Source of the DNA: Candidatus Kapaibacterium sp.
Lineage (GTDB): Bacteria > Bacteroidota > Ignavibacteria > Kapaibacteriales > UBA2268
DNA length: 64,000 bases
Direction of reading: 5' to 3'
NCBI GenBank assembly: GCA_963665665.1
Contig: OY762428.1
Coordinates: forward strand, 2,255,007 to 2,319,006
Shown here: positions 1-8,212 of the stretch, one piece after another
How the letters are laid out: each line of letters opens with the position of its first letter
Position numbering within the stretch: the stretch's first letter is position 1
Translations under genes and position numbers: made by a program
Notes under the pieces: generated by a model
What the model was told of the DNA's origin: nothing
The model's input: only the letters and a program-made list of their open reading frames with translations
Databases searched by the model: none

Positions 1-23
1 GGTATATCAGCGAAGAAAATTCA

Positions 24-362
24 ATGATCCCGCCAATTGTACTTTATATTTCTGTCCTGATAGCTTTGATTCACGGAGTTTGGCAACTAACAACAGCTTA
101 CATTATTATTAGTAATAATAAAATCTTTGTTAAACGCACTTTGTTTAAAATTCACAGAATAGATATAGAAAATATCAATAGCATCAAATTTTCAGGTACA
201 AATATTATGATAGATTATACAGCCGGATATGCCATTATCAGCCTGAAAGCAGTACGTCCTGATAAAAGTAACATTCTAAAAGAAGATTTAGAAAAGCTCC
301 TTTTAAGAAAAGAAAACGATAAGGAAGAGTATCCGACTGATACTGATAATGTTCCCAAATAA
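24..362 (+). CDS. hypothetical small membrane protein
   Basis: 112-aa ORF with a hydrophobic N-terminal helix (IVLYISVLIALIHGVW) and an ATG start; no family recognised. Confidence 0.35.
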   Translation: MIPPIVLYISVLIALIHGVWQLTTAYIIISNNKIFVKRTLFKIHRIDIENINSIKFSGTNIMIDYTAGYAIISLKAVRPDKSNILKEDLEKLLLRKENDKEEYPTDTDNVPK

Positions 363-414
363 ATACTCCGAATAAATACTTATATTTGTAAATTGTTGAA
401 TTCGGGTAGTTGAT

Positions 415-1362
415 ATGAAGATTAGCGGCTTTTCATTTGTAAGGAACGGAAGTAAACTATATTATCCGGTGAAGGAATCCATTCAGTCCATTCTGCCGGT
501 TTGCGATGAATTTGTTGTTGCCGTGGGAAAAGGTGACGAAGATGACAATACACGCGAAATGATTGAATCCATAAACGACCCCAAAGTAAAGATTATCGAC
601 ACCGTCTGGGAAGATAAGTACTGCATGAGAGGAGCTATTAACGCGGTACAAACCGATATTGCAAAATCACATTGCAGCGGAGACTGGCTGTTCTACGTCC
701 AGGCCGACGAAGTTGTTCATGAAAAATACCACGAAGGTATTAAAAAACGCTGTATGGAACTGTTTGATAATAAAGATGTTGAAGGGCTGCTTTTCGGCTA
801 CAAACATTTTTGGGGCGATTATAATCACTACCACCAGAGCCATGGCTGGTATCCATACGAGATACGGATTGTAAGAAATCACCCGAATATTCACTCATGG
901 CAAAGCGCTCAATCCTTCCGCTGGTATGATAATTATGAGTCCACCCACCAGGAAGCAGGAACAAGGAAACTAAAAGTAGCCATTGCCAACGCTGAAATAT
1001 ACCATTACGGGTGGGTCAGGCCGCCGCACTATATGCAAAGCAAGAGCAAGGCCCTGGATTCGGTGCATAAAGGCAAAGAAGCTATGGACAAGGCCTATAA
1101 AGAAAAACCACGGGAATTCGACTACGGCCCGCTGGACAGGCTGCGTGTTTTCAAAGACAGCCACCCGGCAGTAATGCAGGAAATGATTAGCAGGATGAAC
1201 TGGAAAGACAAACTTCAGTATAGCGGCCAACCCGATCCTGCAAGAAAACTTCATAAACACGAAAGAATGAAATACAGGATCATAAGCAGCCTGGAACGCA
1301 CACTTTTCGGCGGCAAACAAATGGGCGGTTTCCAAAATTATGAACTCCTTAAGAATATTTGA
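415..1362 (+). CDS. glycosyltransferase family 2 protein (LPS core-type)
   Basis: 315 aa. The N-terminal MKISGFSFVRNG...LYYP...ESI.S.LP.CDEFVV pattern is typical of GT2 proteins in LPS core loci. Its stop overlaps the next gene and it lies directly upstream of two GT9 heptosyltransferases. Confidence 0.6.
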   Translation: MKISGFSFVRNGSKLYYPVKESIQSILPVCDEFVVAVGKGDEDDNTREMIESINDPKVKIIDTVWEDKYCMRGAINAVQTDIAKSHCSGDWLFYVQADEVVHEKYHEGIKKRCMELFDNKDVEGLLFGYKHFWGDYNHYHQSHGWYPYEIRIVRNHPNIHSWQSAQSFRWYDNYESTHQEAGTRKLKVAIANAEIYHYGWVRPPHYMQSKSKALDSVHKGKEAMDKAYKEKPREFDYGPLDRLRVFKDSHPAVMQEMISRMNWKDKLQYSGQPDPARKLHKHERMKYRIISSLERTLFGGKQMGGFQNYELLKNI

Positions 1363-1367
1363 ATTTA

Positions 1368-2471
1368 ATGAGTAGTTCCGCAAAAAATATCGAAAAAAAA
1401 GCTAAACGAATTGCCAATCATTATATTTATGGCAGAAAAAAGCCTTTGATGCTTGATACTGGCGAACAAGTGATATATTTAAACCCCGGGGATAAAGTGC
1501 TTTTCCTGCGCCAGGACAGAATAGGGGACCTGCTGGTGTCAACCCCGGTATTCAGAAGATTTTCGGATGAGTTTCCCGAAGTTGAAACCGATATTTTGCT
1601 GAGCTATAAAAATATAGGGGCATCAGCGGGAGTAAAGGATTACTGCGATGAAATACTTGTTTATAACAAAGGCCTGGCAGAAATTAAAAAACTGATAAGT
1701 AAAATAAGATCTAAAAAATACAAACTTATCATAGACCTGTTTGATAATGCCTCGACAACAAGCTCGGCAATAATAAAATTCGGAAAACCTGAATACAGCC
1801 TTGGATTTGATAAGGAAAACCGCCGCAGCTATGATTTTACGGTTCCGATTCCGGATAAGGCCGGTAATCATATATCCAAGCGAATATCCAGGCTGCTTTT
1901 GCCTTTTGGGATTGATATGCAGGAAAGAGATCTAAGCCCGGTATATCCATTTGACATGCATTTATACGAAAATGTTTATCCAAAAATGAAAGCAAACCAC
2001 GGCAAACAACTTTTTGCCATTAATCTTAGCGGATCCAACAGGGCAAAATACTGGGGAACTGAAAATTATATCAAATTTATCAACAGGGTTTTAAAGCTTT
2101 TCTCCAACCTGGAACCAATCTGCTTTGCTACAAAAGACTATGAAGAGGAACTTGAAACTATATCCGACAAAACAGGAGTTCGTACAGCCCCTTTTACTTC
2201 ATCCCTTGATGAGTATGCTGCCATGCTCAGCTGCTGCGACCTGATACTTACTCCCGATACGGCTGCCGTTCATTTTGCATCTGCTTTTAAAATCCCATGT
2301 ATAGCCATGTACGACATATCAGGCCTGGAAATTGCAGGAATGCCCTGGACACCCGTAAATATACCCCACAGAACGATCGAGATAAAAGACAAAATTGAAA
2401 ATATTAAAGTTATCGATGTTCTGGTGAACCTGAGCAGCCTGGTGGAAGAATGTATATCGGGGTGCGAATGA
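1368..2471 (+). CDS. glycosyltransferase family 9 (ADP-heptose:LPS heptosyltransferase-like)
   Basis: The RQDRIGDLLVSTPVFRRF motif is characteristic of RfaF/WaaC-family GT9 enzymes. The track start at 1359 is TTG; I used the ATG at 1368. It overlaps the downstream gene by ATGA. Confidence 0.75.
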   Translation: MSSSAKNIEKKAKRIANHYIYGRKKPLMLDTGEQVIYLNPGDKVLFLRQDRIGDLLVSTPVFRRFSDEFPEVETDILLSYKNIGASAGVKDYCDEILVYNKGLAEIKKLISKIRSKKYKLIIDLFDNASTTSSAIIKFGKPEYSLGFDKENRRSYDFTVPIPDKAGNHISKRISRLLLPFGIDMQERDLSPVYPFDMHLYENVYPKMKANHGKQLFAINLSGSNRAKYWGTENYIKFINRVLKLFSNLEPICFATKDYEEELETISDKTGVRTAPFTSSLDEYAAMLSCCDLILTPDTAAVHFASAFKIPCIAMYDISGLEIAGMPWTPVNIPHRTIEIKDKIENIKVIDVLVNLSSLVEECISGCE

Positions 2472-3430
2472 AACAAATTTTAGTTGTTCAGCTTGGGAAA
2501 ATAGGTGATACGATCCTGGCCATTCCTTTATTACACGGAATAAAAGAAGTATTCCCGGATTGCGAAATTGATGTACTTACAGGCAGCTATGCAAAAGAAT
2601 TGCTTTCTTATCAGAAAATTATCCGGAAAGTATTCGTTTACGAGAAAAAACCCCTGAAAATTGCATCGCTTTTAAATGAAATTCGCAGGCAAAAATATGA
2701 CCTTCTAATAGACCCTAAGGACCATCAATCCAGCGAAAGTTCTGTTTTTGCGAGGATTATCAGGGCAGACAGAAAAATCGGTTTCAATCCTCCCGGCAAA
2801 TCTTATTTTAATGACAGCCTGCCAGGCGACGAGGCAAACAAAAAGCTCCACTATTCGGAAAAAGTTCTTCGTCCGCTTGAATTATTCGGCCAAAAAATGC
2901 CAGGTAAGCCGGTAAAACCGATACTTGACGAAGCGCCGGAAAGCTCTGAAAAAGTTATTGCCTTCTTCGAGGAATGTGCTTCCGAACCTAAAATACTTGT
3001 AAATATTTCCGCTTCCAGAATGGCAAGGATGTGGCCCGAAAAGAACTGGATTGATTTTTTCAATACTGCTTCCTTCAATGGCAGATTTGTAATGAGTTTC
3101 GCCCCATCCGAAAAGGAAATGGCTGAAAGGATCAGCAATGCAAGCCCGAATGTTGAATTGTTCCGTACATCCGGATTCATGGATGTTGTTTCTTTGGTAA
3201 AAAATTGCGATATGGTGGTTACACCTGATACATCCATAGTCCATATAGCCTCTGCTTTTGATAAACCACTTATCAGCATGTTCTGCAATATCCCTAAAAT
3301 GTATACGAAATTCCATCCACTGAGCACTTTACAGATAATCCTTAAAAGTCCGGATGGCGTCGACAGCATCGAATCAATAACCCCATCCGATCTTAGAAAT
3401 GCTTTCGAAAGCATGCTGAAAAAAATTTGA
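2468..3430 (+). CDS. glycosyltransferase family 9 (heptosyltransferase-like), second copy
   Basis: MKQILVVQLGKIGDTILAIPLLHGIKEVFPDCEIDVLT is a GT9 N-terminal signature, and the gene ends ...PDTSIVHIASAF. The ATG at 2468 overlaps the upstream stop (ATGA), which suggests translational coupling. Confidence 0.75.
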   Translation: MKQILVVQLGKIGDTILAIPLLHGIKEVFPDCEIDVLTGSYAKELLSYQKIIRKVFVYEKKPLKIASLLNEIRRQKYDLLIDPKDHQSSESSVFARIIRADRKIGFNPPGKSYFNDSLPGDEANKKLHYSEKVLRPLELFGQKMPGKPVKPILDEAPESSEKVIAFFEECASEPKILVNISASRMARMWPEKNWIDFFNTASFNGRFVMSFAPSEKEMAERISNASPNVELFRTSGFMDVVSLVKNCDMVVTPDTSIVHIASAFDKPLISMFCNIPKMYTKFHPLSTLQIILKSPDGVDSIESITPSDLRNAFESMLKKI

Positions 3431-3474
3431 ATTACACAATTGAAATTGAATATTAAAAAAACCACCCCTTTAAT

Positions 3475-3541
3475 CCCCTCCAGTGGAGGGGAATGCTATA
3501 TGTATGATATACAAGAAGATAATTCCCCTCAGGCGGAGGGG
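3475..3541. terminator. pair of GC-rich hairpins between convergent genes (bidirectional terminators)
   Basis: CCCCTCCagtgGAGGGG (3475-3491) and CCCCTCaggcGGAGGGG (3525-3541) lie between the 3' ends of the heptosyltransferase (+) and the TonB receptor (-). Confidence 0.6.
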
Positions 3542-3574
3542 TGGCAGCGAAGCTGACGGTGTGGCGTTTACGGA

Positions 3575-5965
3575 TCAGAAGTTTATCCTGTAGTACAGGT
3601 AAGGAAGAAATCCGAGCTGATATTTTTTCTCGATCTGGTTGTTTTTTTCATCCCAGCTTTCGCGAAATACATTTTTGTGGTTCGTTACATTGTCAATGGC
3701 AAATGATATGTCGTGGGTGGTTGATTCCAGATTTATTACCAGCCCGAGTTTTATATCCGCCTGGAAGAAATTGTCGTACTGGTATTCGTAAGCCCTGGAA
3801 ATATCCTTAACCTTATCGCCCTCAATTATACTTTGTTCCACGTCGATAGGAATACCCCTTCGGCCGCCGGTACTTGTCAGTTTGAAATTTGCTGTAAGAA
3901 TATACTTCCTGTCCTCGTCCAGTTCAAATTCATAACCGCCGAGTATGTTGGCAATATGGCCCATATCAAATGTTGTGCTGCGTTCCACCCCAAGTGCATC
4001 AGTGTATTTTGATTTAATAAGCGAACCGGTGAACATCAGGTAATAGCCGTCCTCGAAGCTTTTGTTTGCGGTGATCTCTATACCATAGTTAATTCCCTTG
4101 CCCTTGTTTGCCAGGCTGTCGATGATATCCATTCCGAACTCCGCGCCAAGGTTTATCAGCGAGAGGTATTCTTTATTTGTTTTCAGGGACACGGGCACGT
4201 CATAAAGATACTGAACATATCCTTCTGCTTTAAAGTAAATGTTATCCAGCATAGTATTCTGATAACCCAATACTATATGATGGCTTTTGGTCATATCCAG
4301 GTCAAGATTGGGCTGCCTTTCACCGCTTTCATCATAGAACCTGAAGAAGTAGTGCATAAGCGGGTGTGTCTGGCTGTGCAGGCCGTATCCGAGCGATATA
4401 TTCTGGTTTTCAGCAAACCTGTATATAGTTGAAAACCTCGGTTCAAGCGCCCAGCTGTCATTTAGCATGAAATACTGGAAATGTACACCCGTATTGAAAT
4501 CGAATAGGTCATTAGGGCGGTACTGCCAGTGAACGTATGACTGCATCAGGTTGGCGTCGCCCTTTTCGTTGAGTTTTTCTTCAAGTATATTATCATCGTT
4601 CAATTTATCATATTTCAGGTTGAACGATTTGTAATTAAAACTGACTCCGGTTTTAAAAAGGTTTTTTGCCGAAGCCTTATGAATTACCTGGTATCTCGCC
4701 ATCAGGCTGTTTTCGTTTTGTTTGAAGGAATAATCACGCCAGGAGCTGTCCAATGTTACCATATCAGTTAGTGTGTTCATGAATGAACCCGAGGCTGACA
4801 GAATAAGTTCCCCAAAAGTTCTTTCCCCAAAGAAGAGTACATGATTCAGCCCTGCGGCATAAAGATCGGAACGGAGCTTAAAATCCTCGGCCTCGTTGGA
4901 GTCTTCCCAGTCGAAGTCATCTTCCTCGCTTTCGAAATTGTTCATTCCGCTTTTACCGCCAATAGCCCATAAAGAGATTTTACCGTAGTCTTCCGTCGGG
5001 AGGTTGATTTTAACAGTTCCGTCTAAGTATTCCGGGATAACGTCTGTATTTATATCAATACCCAGCGCTTTTATCGGTTGAAGAGACACAAAGCGGAAAT
5101 TTGCAAGATAGGACGCCCTGCTGTCGGATGTAAAGGGGCCCTCGACTCCGAATTCAAGTCCGTTCATTCCTGCCTGGAAAGTCTGCTCGTATTGCTCGTT
5201 ATTGCCGTTCCTGAGTTTGATATCGAAAACGCCTGCTGTTTTATTTCCGTATTCCGTCGGGAAAGCCCCGCTGATAAAATCGCTGCTTGCAAGCAGGTTA
5301 TTGTTCAGAATTCCGAATATACCACCGCCGGCGCCCGCCTCCATAAAGTGGTTAGGGCTTGGCACATCAGCTCCGTCTATTCTCCAAAGGACGCCAAGTG
5401 GAGAGTTCCCGCGAATTATTATATCGTTCCTCATGCTGTTATTGGATGTAACACCAGCGCTGTTGGCGGCTGTTTTACTCGGGTCGTTCCTGGAACCTGC
5501 GAACCTGAATATTGCCTCGGGCCTGAGTACTGTTGTGCTGGTTGTAGCGAATTCATTGATTACATCTGCAACATTTTTGTTTGCTGTTACCTTCACTTCA
5601 TCAGTCATCTGCGGGTTCTCGGTCAGTTTGATTTCAAGGTATGTTTCCTTACCGCTGATAACAACAATATTATCCAGTTTGTAAGGCTTATACGACATCA
5701 TATTTACCAGAATCGTATGCCTCCCAACAGGAATATTCTTCAGCTCAAATTCTCCTTCTTTTTTAGCGATTGCTCCCACAACCGGTTTTAGCGATATTAT
5801 TTGAACTTTAGCGCCGGGAACGGGTGTATTCAATGTTGCATCAAGCACAACACCCCTTACGGTCTGAGTTCGTTCTTCTGCCCGAGCGTTTATATAAAAG
5901 AAGAATTGAAATAAAAATATTGATATCAATATAAGTTTCGGTTCTGTTATAAAAGTCTTTTTCAT
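3575..5965 (-). CDS. TonB-dependent outer-membrane receptor with N-terminal carboxypeptidase-regulatory-like domain
   Basis: 796 aa with a signal peptide. TQTVRGVVLDATLNTPVPGAKVQI indicates a CarbopepD_reg-like fold, followed by a plug and barrel region. The C-terminal ...YYRINF aromatic terminus is typical of OM beta-barrels. Confidence 0.8.
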   Translation of the reverse strand: MKKTFITEPKLILISIFLFQFFFYINARAEERTQTVRGVVLDATLNTPVPGAKVQIISLKPVVGAIAKKEGEFELKNIPVGRHTILVNMMSYKPYKLDNIVVISGKETYLEIKLTENPQMTDEVKVTANKNVADVINEFATTSTTVLRPEAIFRFAGSRNDPSKTAANSAGVTSNNSMRNDIIIRGNSPLGVLWRIDGADVPSPNHFMEAGAGGGIFGILNNNLLASSDFISGAFPTEYGNKTAGVFDIKLRNGNNEQYEQTFQAGMNGLEFGVEGPFTSDSRASYLANFRFVSLQPIKALGIDINTDVIPEYLDGTVKINLPTEDYGKISLWAIGGKSGMNNFESEEDDFDWEDSNEAEDFKLRSDLYAAGLNHVLFFGERTFGELILSASGSFMNTLTDMVTLDSSWRDYSFKQNENSLMARYQVIHKASAKNLFKTGVSFNYKSFNLKYDKLNDDNILEEKLNEKGDANLMQSYVHWQYRPNDLFDFNTGVHFQYFMLNDSWALEPRFSTIYRFAENQNISLGYGLHSQTHPLMHYFFRFYDESGERQPNLDLDMTKSHHIVLGYQNTMLDNIYFKAEGYVQYLYDVPVSLKTNKEYLSLINLGAEFGMDIIDSLANKGKGINYGIEITANKSFEDGYYLMFTGSLIKSKYTDALGVERSTTFDMGHIANILGGYEFELDEDRKYILTANFKLTSTGGRRGIPIDVEQSIIEGDKVKDISRAYEYQYDNFFQADIKLGLVINLESTTHDISFAIDNVTNHKNVFRESWDEKNNQIEKKYQLGFLPYLYYRINF

Positions 5966-5981
5966 TGTTTTTTCCTATTCA

Positions 5982-6572
5982 TCAAACATTAACTACAACA
6001 TCATCCGGACTGTCAAATTTACCAACGTAGGAAGTAATAATTGCCGCGCCCACCCTTGCCAGATTCTGTATAAGATACTGGTCGCTGTTTTCCTTCTGAA
6101 TGCCTACGCAAATCATGCTTGCAAGGCCGTTCACATAAGTCCACATATCCATGAATAATTTACCGACTTCTTCTTCAGGCATATCACTGAAATCCGTATC
6201 AAGCGACATCCTGTATTTTATGAATTCAAAGAAATCCATGGAAATATCATTGAAATTGTTTTCCTCAAGGAAAAGAGCCCTGAATAAATTTTTCTCGTCG
6301 CGGGCAAAACGCACGAAACCAACCCCGATATTAAGGAATATCTTATCGGTATAATCCTTTGTTGAGTACTCGATAAGGATATTATGAGCCATTTTCAGCA
6401 CGGCTTTTTTCATTTCATCTGTCGATTTGAAACAACTGTATATAGGCGCCACCGAGGATTTCAATATCTTTGATACTGTTCTTGCGCTTACCGATCCCAA
6501 TCCCTGTTCCCTTGTTATTTCCAAGGCCGCTGCTATTACTTTGTCCTTTGGGAATGTTAATTTCGGAGACAT
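5982..6572 (-). CDS. TetR/AcrR family transcriptional regulator
   Basis: N-terminal HTH AAALEITREQGLGSVSARTVSKILKSSVAPIYSCFKSTDEM is a TetR_N signature; 196 aa. Confidence 0.85.
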   Translation of the reverse strand: MSPKLTFPKDKVIAAALEITREQGLGSVSARTVSKILKSSVAPIYSCFKSTDEMKKAVLKMAHNILIEYSTKDYTDKIFLNIGVGFVRFARDEKNLFRALFLEENNFNDISMDFFEFIKYRMSLDTDFSDMPEEEVGKLFMDMWTYVNGLASMICVGIQKENSDQYLIQNLARVGAAIITSYVGKFDSPDDVVVNV

Positions 6573-6589
6573 AAATTCCTTCTTTCAGT

Positions 6590-6603
6590 ATAACACGTGT
6601 TAT
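6590..6603. promoter_or_regulatory. perfect 14-bp palindrome ATAACACGTGTTAT, candidate TetR operator
   Basis: It lies 18 bp upstream of the TetR start codon on the minus strand. A perfect dyad in a divergent or autoregulatory position is typical of TetR-family operators. Confidence 0.45.
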
Positions 6604-7029
6604 GTATAATATAATATTATTTGTCAATTTTTCAGATAAAATACAAGAATATCGCCGCAGGCAATCATAGTAGCCTGAATAATAACTATATAACAAGATT
6701 CTTAATATTTTTGATCAATTCATTAAATCGCCTGAGTCAACCAATACGAATATAACACCTGTTATAATGCAAAGCAAATATTTTTTGATTAGGCCCGGGA
6801 TTTTATGACACTATTAATAAAAATTATCTACCCGAGACTATTTTATAAAGCATTTCCAATCATATTAAAAAGAGATATTATCATTATATCAATTCCTTTT
6901 TCCGAAAAATGATTTGCAATATATCCTATCAGAAACATCATAAAAGTTGCTACCTTAAATATTGGCTGAATTTATATTATTTATTATATTGGAAATTGAG
7001 AAATAAACAATAATAATAAGAGATATATT

Positions 7030-7821
7030 ATGTATAGATCAGGTAAAATTTATATTGAAAATGCCCTGAAGGAAATAAAGCAGATAGCTTCAATACTCTG
7101 GAAAAAAGGCTGGGCAGAAAGAAATGCAGGAAATATTTCACTTTTAGTTGATGAGGATATGGGATTTTCTGAATTCGAAGAGCAGGCTTCCGGAAAGATT
7201 AATATCAGCTGTCCCGCACTTGCCGGTAAATATATCATTATCAGCATAAGCGGCAGCAGAATGCGCGACCTGGCAAAAGACCCGCTGAATAATCTCTGCC
7301 TGATAAAGATATCCGCCGATGCAAAGGCATATCATCTGTCCTACTCCGGCATGTTCTGTTCTGATGGCAACCCGACATCTGAATTGTCCTCACATCTTGC
7401 TATTTACCAAAAGAAGATTGAAGAGAACAAGCCGGTGAAAGCTATTGTTCACGCCCATGCAAGAGAGATAATTATACTGTCTCACAAGCCGGAAATAAAC
7501 AACTCGGATGATTTTAACAAAATATTGTGGGGTTCACATCCCGAAGCAGTAGTGTTCCTGCCTGACGGTGCTGCCTTTGTTCCTTATAAAACTCCCGGCA
7601 GCGACGAAATAGCTACAGATACTTACAATAGAATTGAAGGGAAAAGCCTGGCTGTATGGGAAGGCCACGGAAGCCTTGCTTTTGCAAATACCCCCATGGA
7701 GGCTTTCGACCTGATTGATATAGCGGCAAAAGCATCTGATATTTATCTTCGCTGCCTTTCCGCCGGATACGAACCAAAATACTTATCTGAAGAAGAGCAG
7801 CAGAAACTAAGGGAACTTTAA
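7030..7821 (+). CDS. class II aldolase/adducin family protein (fuculose/rhamnulose-phosphate aldolase-like)
   Basis: The NAGNISL motif and the His-rich metal site HAHAREIIILSH are typical of the class II aldolase fold; 263 aa. Confidence 0.7.
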   Translation: MYRSGKIYIENALKEIKQIASILWKKGWAERNAGNISLLVDEDMGFSEFEEQASGKINISCPALAGKYIIISISGSRMRDLAKDPLNNLCLIKISADAKAYHLSYSGMFCSDGNPTSELSSHLAIYQKKIEENKPVKAIVHAHAREIIILSHKPEINNSDDFNKILWGSHPEAVVFLPDGAAFVPYKTPGSDEIATDTYNRIEGKSLAVWEGHGSLAFANTPMEAFDLIDIAAKASDIYLRCLSAGYEPKYLSEEEQQKLREL

Positions 7822-7943
7822 CGCGCAGGTTCCTGAACTTATTCTATATGTGCAAGTTCTTTTTAACTATCATAGCAGTGAATAGTTTCAAAATCTGACT
7901 TTGCAGTAAATTAGCATTGTTCCATTGTTCTTAAAAATTCCTT

Positions 7944-8057
7944 CGTCATTTCCCGACACGTCCCCGATAAATCGGGGCAAGCAGGGTGCAGGCTGAACGT
8001 AGTGAGCAATCTTGTAGTAATGGGTTGATGGATTCCTTGTTGCGCTCAAAACAACAG
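7944..8057. repeat. degenerate copy of the GTCATTC.../...GGATTC...CGCTCAAAA..GACAG inverted-repeat element
   Basis: The arms cgtcatttcccgacacg... and ggattccttgttgcgctcaaaacaacag resemble the elements at 23.0, 42.4 and 45.7 kb. The right arm matches ggattcttcgcttcgctcaaaatgacag at 45795. Confidence 0.3.
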
Positions 8058-8158
8058 TTTTTCAAACATTTGAGGCAATTCCTGGAAGCACAAAGAGCTT
8101 CAAATTATTTTAATAATTTGTCCATTTTAATTTCCAGAGATCAGCTGTTATGCAAAAC

Positions 8159-8185
8159 AAAACCCATTGATTAACAACGGGTTTC
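8159..8185. terminator. hairpin AAACCCATTGATTAACAACGGGTTT, bidirectional terminator
   Basis: A perfect 8-bp stem flanked by T runs on both strands, just downstream of the minus-strand 945-aa gene stop (8213). Confidence 0.5.
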
Positions 8186-8212
8186 TTTTCAATATTAAAT
8201 TTAATTGGAAGA

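Noticed and set aside
5078-5791. 237-aa and 160-aa + strand ORFs inside the TonB-dependent receptor gene
   Set aside because: They lie antisense to a well-supported 796-aa gene and have a Cys/low-complexity composition with no motifs.
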